The notes beneath the pieces are model-generated. The model saw only the letters and a list, made by a program, of their open reading frames with translations. It ran no database searches and was not told where the DNA came from. Shown piece by piece: positions 23,646 to 25,869 of a DNA stretch of 25,869 nt. Numbering within the stretch: the stretch's first letter is position 1; each line of letters starts with the position of its first letter. Position numbers and translations under genes: made by a program. Source of the DNA: a virus (Duplodnaviria; Caudoviricetes); the IMG/VR virus record IMGVR_UViG_3300027656_000044, positions 1 through 25,869 of that record, one strand, 5' to 3'.

Positions 23646-23872
23646 GCCGCAATACTCCTTTGTTTAGCTTCAACACAATCTTTGCAGATGAATCTACGTA
23701 TGCCTTCAATACCTTTGCCCATCATTTTTTCCGAGCCGCCTTGACGAGGTTTGTCTTTCTGACATTTCCAACACATAAACCCCCGCTTGTTTATCCACCT
23801 TGTAAAATTTTGCTGTGGGCTAACTGCAAAATTGTTGCTACCCATCACACTAAAAGCGCCTCCATCTTTCAT
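23615..23872 (-). CDS. Zinc-finger protein (CxxC...CxxC, 85 aa)
   Basis: CWKCQ and FICKDC; ATGA overlap at 23869-23872. Confidence 0.7.
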   Translation of the reverse strand: MKDGGAFSVMGSNNFAVSPQQNFTRWINKRGFMCWKCQKDKPRQGGSEKMMGKGIEGIRRFICKDCVEAKQRSIAACQDPNRLNP

Positions 23873-24060
23873 GATTTCATCTCCCGCACATAGCGCGCAA
23901 AGCTATCGGCCGTATCACCAAACGCAATGCGCATAGCATCAAACTCCAACGCCACTTCTTCGAGCACAGCGTTACGCACAAGAGGGTCTGGCCTTATGAA
24001 CATTTCGGGCTTGCCAAATATGTTGTTGAAGTCCTCTTTGTTAAAAATTGTGTCGCTCAT
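23869..24060 (-). CDS. Hypothetical protein (63 aa, RNAVLEEVA motif)
   Basis: ATGA overlaps at both ends; GGAG upstream. Confidence 0.75.
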   Translation of the reverse strand: MSDTIFNKEDFNNIFGKPEMFIRPDPLVRNAVLEEVALEFDAMRIAFGDTADSFARYVREMKS

Positions 24061-24383
24061 GTGTTCATCTCCAGTTCGTTAATTTGGTCAATTATCCATT
24101 GGCAATCTTTGCGCAGAGCTTCGAAACGAAACGTATCTACTTGTTGAATCTTTCCTCCAGCGTTGAACATTTCGTACGTGTCGTTGTAAACATCTTTAAG
24201 TTTTACGTTGATTTTTATAGATACTTCCGTTTGCAAAGGCCAAAGATGTATCAAAGTCTCAATCGCTTTTTCAAACTCTTGATCGCACTCGTTTGACCCG
24301 TACAGGTAGAAGACAAAGTCGCCTTGTTCGTTAACCTCACCCGAGTGCGGGTGCTCATCTACTTCAAGTTCTATGGGTTTCAT
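24057..24383 (-). CDS. Acidic hypothetical protein (108 aa)
   Basis: Start reassigned to the ATG at 24383, just after the upstream stop; ATGA overlap at the 3' end. Confidence 0.7.
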   Translation of the reverse strand: MKPIELEVDEHPHSGEVNEQGDFVFYLYGSNECDQEFEKAIETLIHLWPLQTEVSIKINVKLKDVYNDTYEMFNAGGKIQQVDTFRFEALRKDCQWIIDQINELEMNT

Positions 24384-24384
24384 C

Positions 24385-25002
24385 TTAGCCCCCAAACATC
24401 TTCTTTAAGTAGTCGTACAACTCACGCGCTTGGAACACCGTCATGTCCTTCAGGATGTCCTCTGGTGACTTGGTTCGTACAAGGGATGTAAAGCGTTTGT
24501 TTACAGACCCGCCCATGGCGTAAGCCGCCGCATCAAGCGCATCTTGGCTAGGCATAGGGGTGTTCTCTAGCTTCTCTCGTAGCAACGCACCGATACCTGT
24601 CACGGCCCTCTTCTCGTACTTGCGCTTGGGTTTAATTTCTTCAGGTTTAGATACGAGGGTCAGGGTTTTCTTCTTGGCTTTAAGTGGACGATACTCAGGC
24701 ACGATGGTGATGTACCTACCCCTGTCGTCTCTCTCAGCTAAACCCTGCACAGCGAACTGTGCGATAAGGGATGATACTGAACTTGGTTTGTACCCGAGTT
24801 TTTCCATGCCTGCGCATATCTCAGGCGAGGTTTCGTTAGGGTTGTTCTTCACGTATTCAAAGGTTGCGCGTGTCACGTTGTTGGTGACGCCAAAGAACTT
24901 CTTACCCTGTGTGTTTGTTTGTGTGGTTTGCATATCGTCTTTCTCCCAGTCGTTGATTGTGGTTTTGAGTGCGTTAGATAACGCGGTTTGCATATCAGGC
25001 AT
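24385..25002 (-). CDS. Winged-helix DNA-binding protein (205 aa)
   Basis: Start reassigned to 25002 (GGAAGGA RBS). TFEYVKNNP...EIC...SSVSSLIAQFAVQGLAERDDRGRY fits a wHTH; basic KPKRKYEKR patch. Confidence 0.7.
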   Translation of the reverse strand: MPDMQTALSNALKTTINDWEKDDMQTTQTNTQGKKFFGVTNNVTRATFEYVKNNPNETSPEICAGMEKLGYKPSSVSSLIAQFAVQGLAERDDRGRYITIVPEYRPLKAKKKTLTLVSKPEEIKPKRKYEKRAVTGIGALLREKLENTPMPSQDALDAAAYAMGGSVNKRFTSLVRTKSPEDILKDMTVFQARELYDYLKKMFGG

Positions 25003-25216
25003 TTGTGAATCCTTCCAATAAAATAATGCCAATGATGAGGGTGGCAATGAACACCAATGATTGGACGCACGCAAGTGCCTCCTCGGACATGCCTTGCTTT
25101 TCGCCAAGCAAGACTAATTGGATTTTTTCCTCCTCTGGGGTTAGTTGTGGTAGCCGTGGTGTATAGGTCAGGCCAATCTTGACCTTCCCTGTGTCGTAGG
25201 GTGTGTGTTTTAGCAC
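24995..25216 (-). CDS. Small membrane-anchored protein (73 aa)
   Basis: GTG start after AAGGAGAAAACT; C-terminal hydrophobic helix LVFIATLIIGIILL. Confidence 0.75.
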   Translation of the reverse strand: MLKHTPYDTGKVKIGLTYTPRLPQLTPEEEKIQLVLLGEKQGMSEEALACVQSLVFIATLIIGIILLEGFTNA

Positions 25217-25234
25217 AGTTTTCTCCTTAGTTTT

Positions 25235-25267
25235 GTCATTATTTGTCTAGGCTTAGACAGAAGTCAA
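25235..25267 (-). promoter_or_regulatory. Putative promoter with operator-like palindrome copy 2 (TGTCTA-GGCT-TAGACA, 25244-25259) in its spacer
   Basis: On the - strand: TTGACT (25267-25262), 18 nt, AATAAT (25243-25238). A perfect 6-4-6 palindrome lies almost entirely within the spacer. Confidence 0.6.
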
Positions 25268-25283
25268 GGGGAATTCCCCTTGA
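25264..25283. repeat. Perfect 20-bp palindrome TCAAGGGGAATTCCCCTTGA
   Basis: The sequence equals its own reverse complement; intergenic. Confidence 0.9.
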
Positions 25284-25303
25284 AAAGAGGTTGTTGATAG
25301 TAG

Positions 25304-25396
25304 TCAAAAGGGTCGCCAGTACACGACATCAAGCACAAGCACCATGATTGCTACCAAAAGTATTACCCGCTCGAACTTTTCCCCTGGTGTCATCAT
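25304..25396 (-). CDS. 30-aa membrane micro-protein MMTPGEKFERVILLVAIMVLVLDVVYWRPF (absent from the ORF track)
   Basis: ATG overlaps the upstream TGA (ATGA at 25393-25396); GGAGG RBS; one hydrophobic helix; stop at 25304-25306. Confidence 0.75.
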   Translation of the reverse strand: MMTPGEKFERVILLVAIMVLVLDVVYWRPF

Positions 25397-25575
25397 GACT
25401 CGTCCCCTCCAAAGTCCCAAAGCTCAGGGTACAGTAGTTTCACAACAGCCTTGGCGGTGTCGATGTCAAGGGTCAAGTCCTCGATCCACGACCCGTCATC
25501 AATGTAGTTGTCAGCAGACTGCATGAGGTTCGTCAAAGCGTTACTCAGCAGGTCAATCTTTTCTTGGTCAGTCAT
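25393..25575 (-). CDS. Acidic hypothetical protein (60 aa)
   Basis: AAGGAG RBS; ATGA overlaps at both ends. Confidence 0.7.
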   Translation of the reverse strand: MTDQEKIDLLSNALTNLMQSADNYIDDGSWIEDLTLDIDTAKAVVKLLYPELWDFGGDES

Positions 25576-25868
25576 TTAAATGTCTCCTTGATATAGTCGT
25601 TAGCTTCGCGCTCGGTGTCGAAGCCGAGGTAGTCGCCGTTCTCGTCTATCCACTCATCCGTGAACAAACCATAAATAACCCAGATGTCACCCGATCGTTC
25701 GGGCTTCCAACAGTTGCGGTCATTGAAGCGCTCCATGTACAACTCATGCACAATCTTCTTGCATGTCGTATCGTACTCCCCTGTCAGGCGTGCTAACTCA
25801 GCGGGGTGATTGTCAGTAAGCAAACTACTGATCCAATCTTTGAGCTTGTCGTGTTGCTCAGCTTGATA
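25572..25868 (-). CDS. Hypothetical protein, 5'-partial
   Basis: The frame stays open beyond the listed TTG at 25823 to the window edge (YQAEQHDKLKDWISSLL...). C-terminal FDTEREANDYI. Confidence 0.65.
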   Translation of the reverse strand, partial: YQAEQHDKLKDWISSLLTDNHPAELARLTGEYDTTCKKIVHELYMERFNDRNCWKPERSGDIWVIYGLFTDEWIDENGDYLGFDTEREANDYIKETFK

Positions 25869-25869
25869 T

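Noticed and set aside
25003-25107. Longer N-termini given by the ORF track (25107; likewise 24395, 22703, 19634, 18925, 14948)
   Set aside because: They overlap upstream genes and lack an RBS; downstream ATGs have an RBS or stop-start coupling.

Overview
The window is a gene-dense fragment of a tailed dsDNA bacteriophage genome, probably a short-tailed (podovirus-type) phage. It has two converging blocks. The + strand (1-11652) encodes four Ala/Gln-rich virion or ejection proteins: a modular protein ending in a tape-measure-type 'AxGG...GEFV' domain, a Gln-rich pilot-like protein with 11-residue periodicity, a lytic-transglycosylase protein, and a 2114-aa polyvalent-type protein with a glycine zipper, a zincin motif and an LPD38-like C-terminus. 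The - strand (11621-25869) encodes a replication module and a run of small, translationally coupled early-type genes. The replication module includes an AEP primase/DUF927-type helicase fusion, an HTH regulator, an SSB-like protein, a SNF2 helicase, an HNH protein, a Cas4-like exonuclease, a small HExxH peptidase, a Leu762-type family A polymerase and a VRR-NUC nuclease. The most notable signals not explained by the ORF track are: a ~128-nt multi-stem folded intergenic element between the SSB-like and HTH genes; two copies, 8.5 kb apart, of a TGTCTA-N4-T(T/A)GACA palindrome overlapping promoter-like sequences; an [FYMLR]AxGG peptide motif shared by three consecutive virion proteins; a PriL-like four-Cys module inside the primase; a beta-clamp-like motif ending a 60-aa protein; and a 30-aa membrane ORF missing from the track. 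No tRNA, rRNA, CRISPR array, integrase or IS was seen. All family assignments come from motif recognition by eye, not from database searches.
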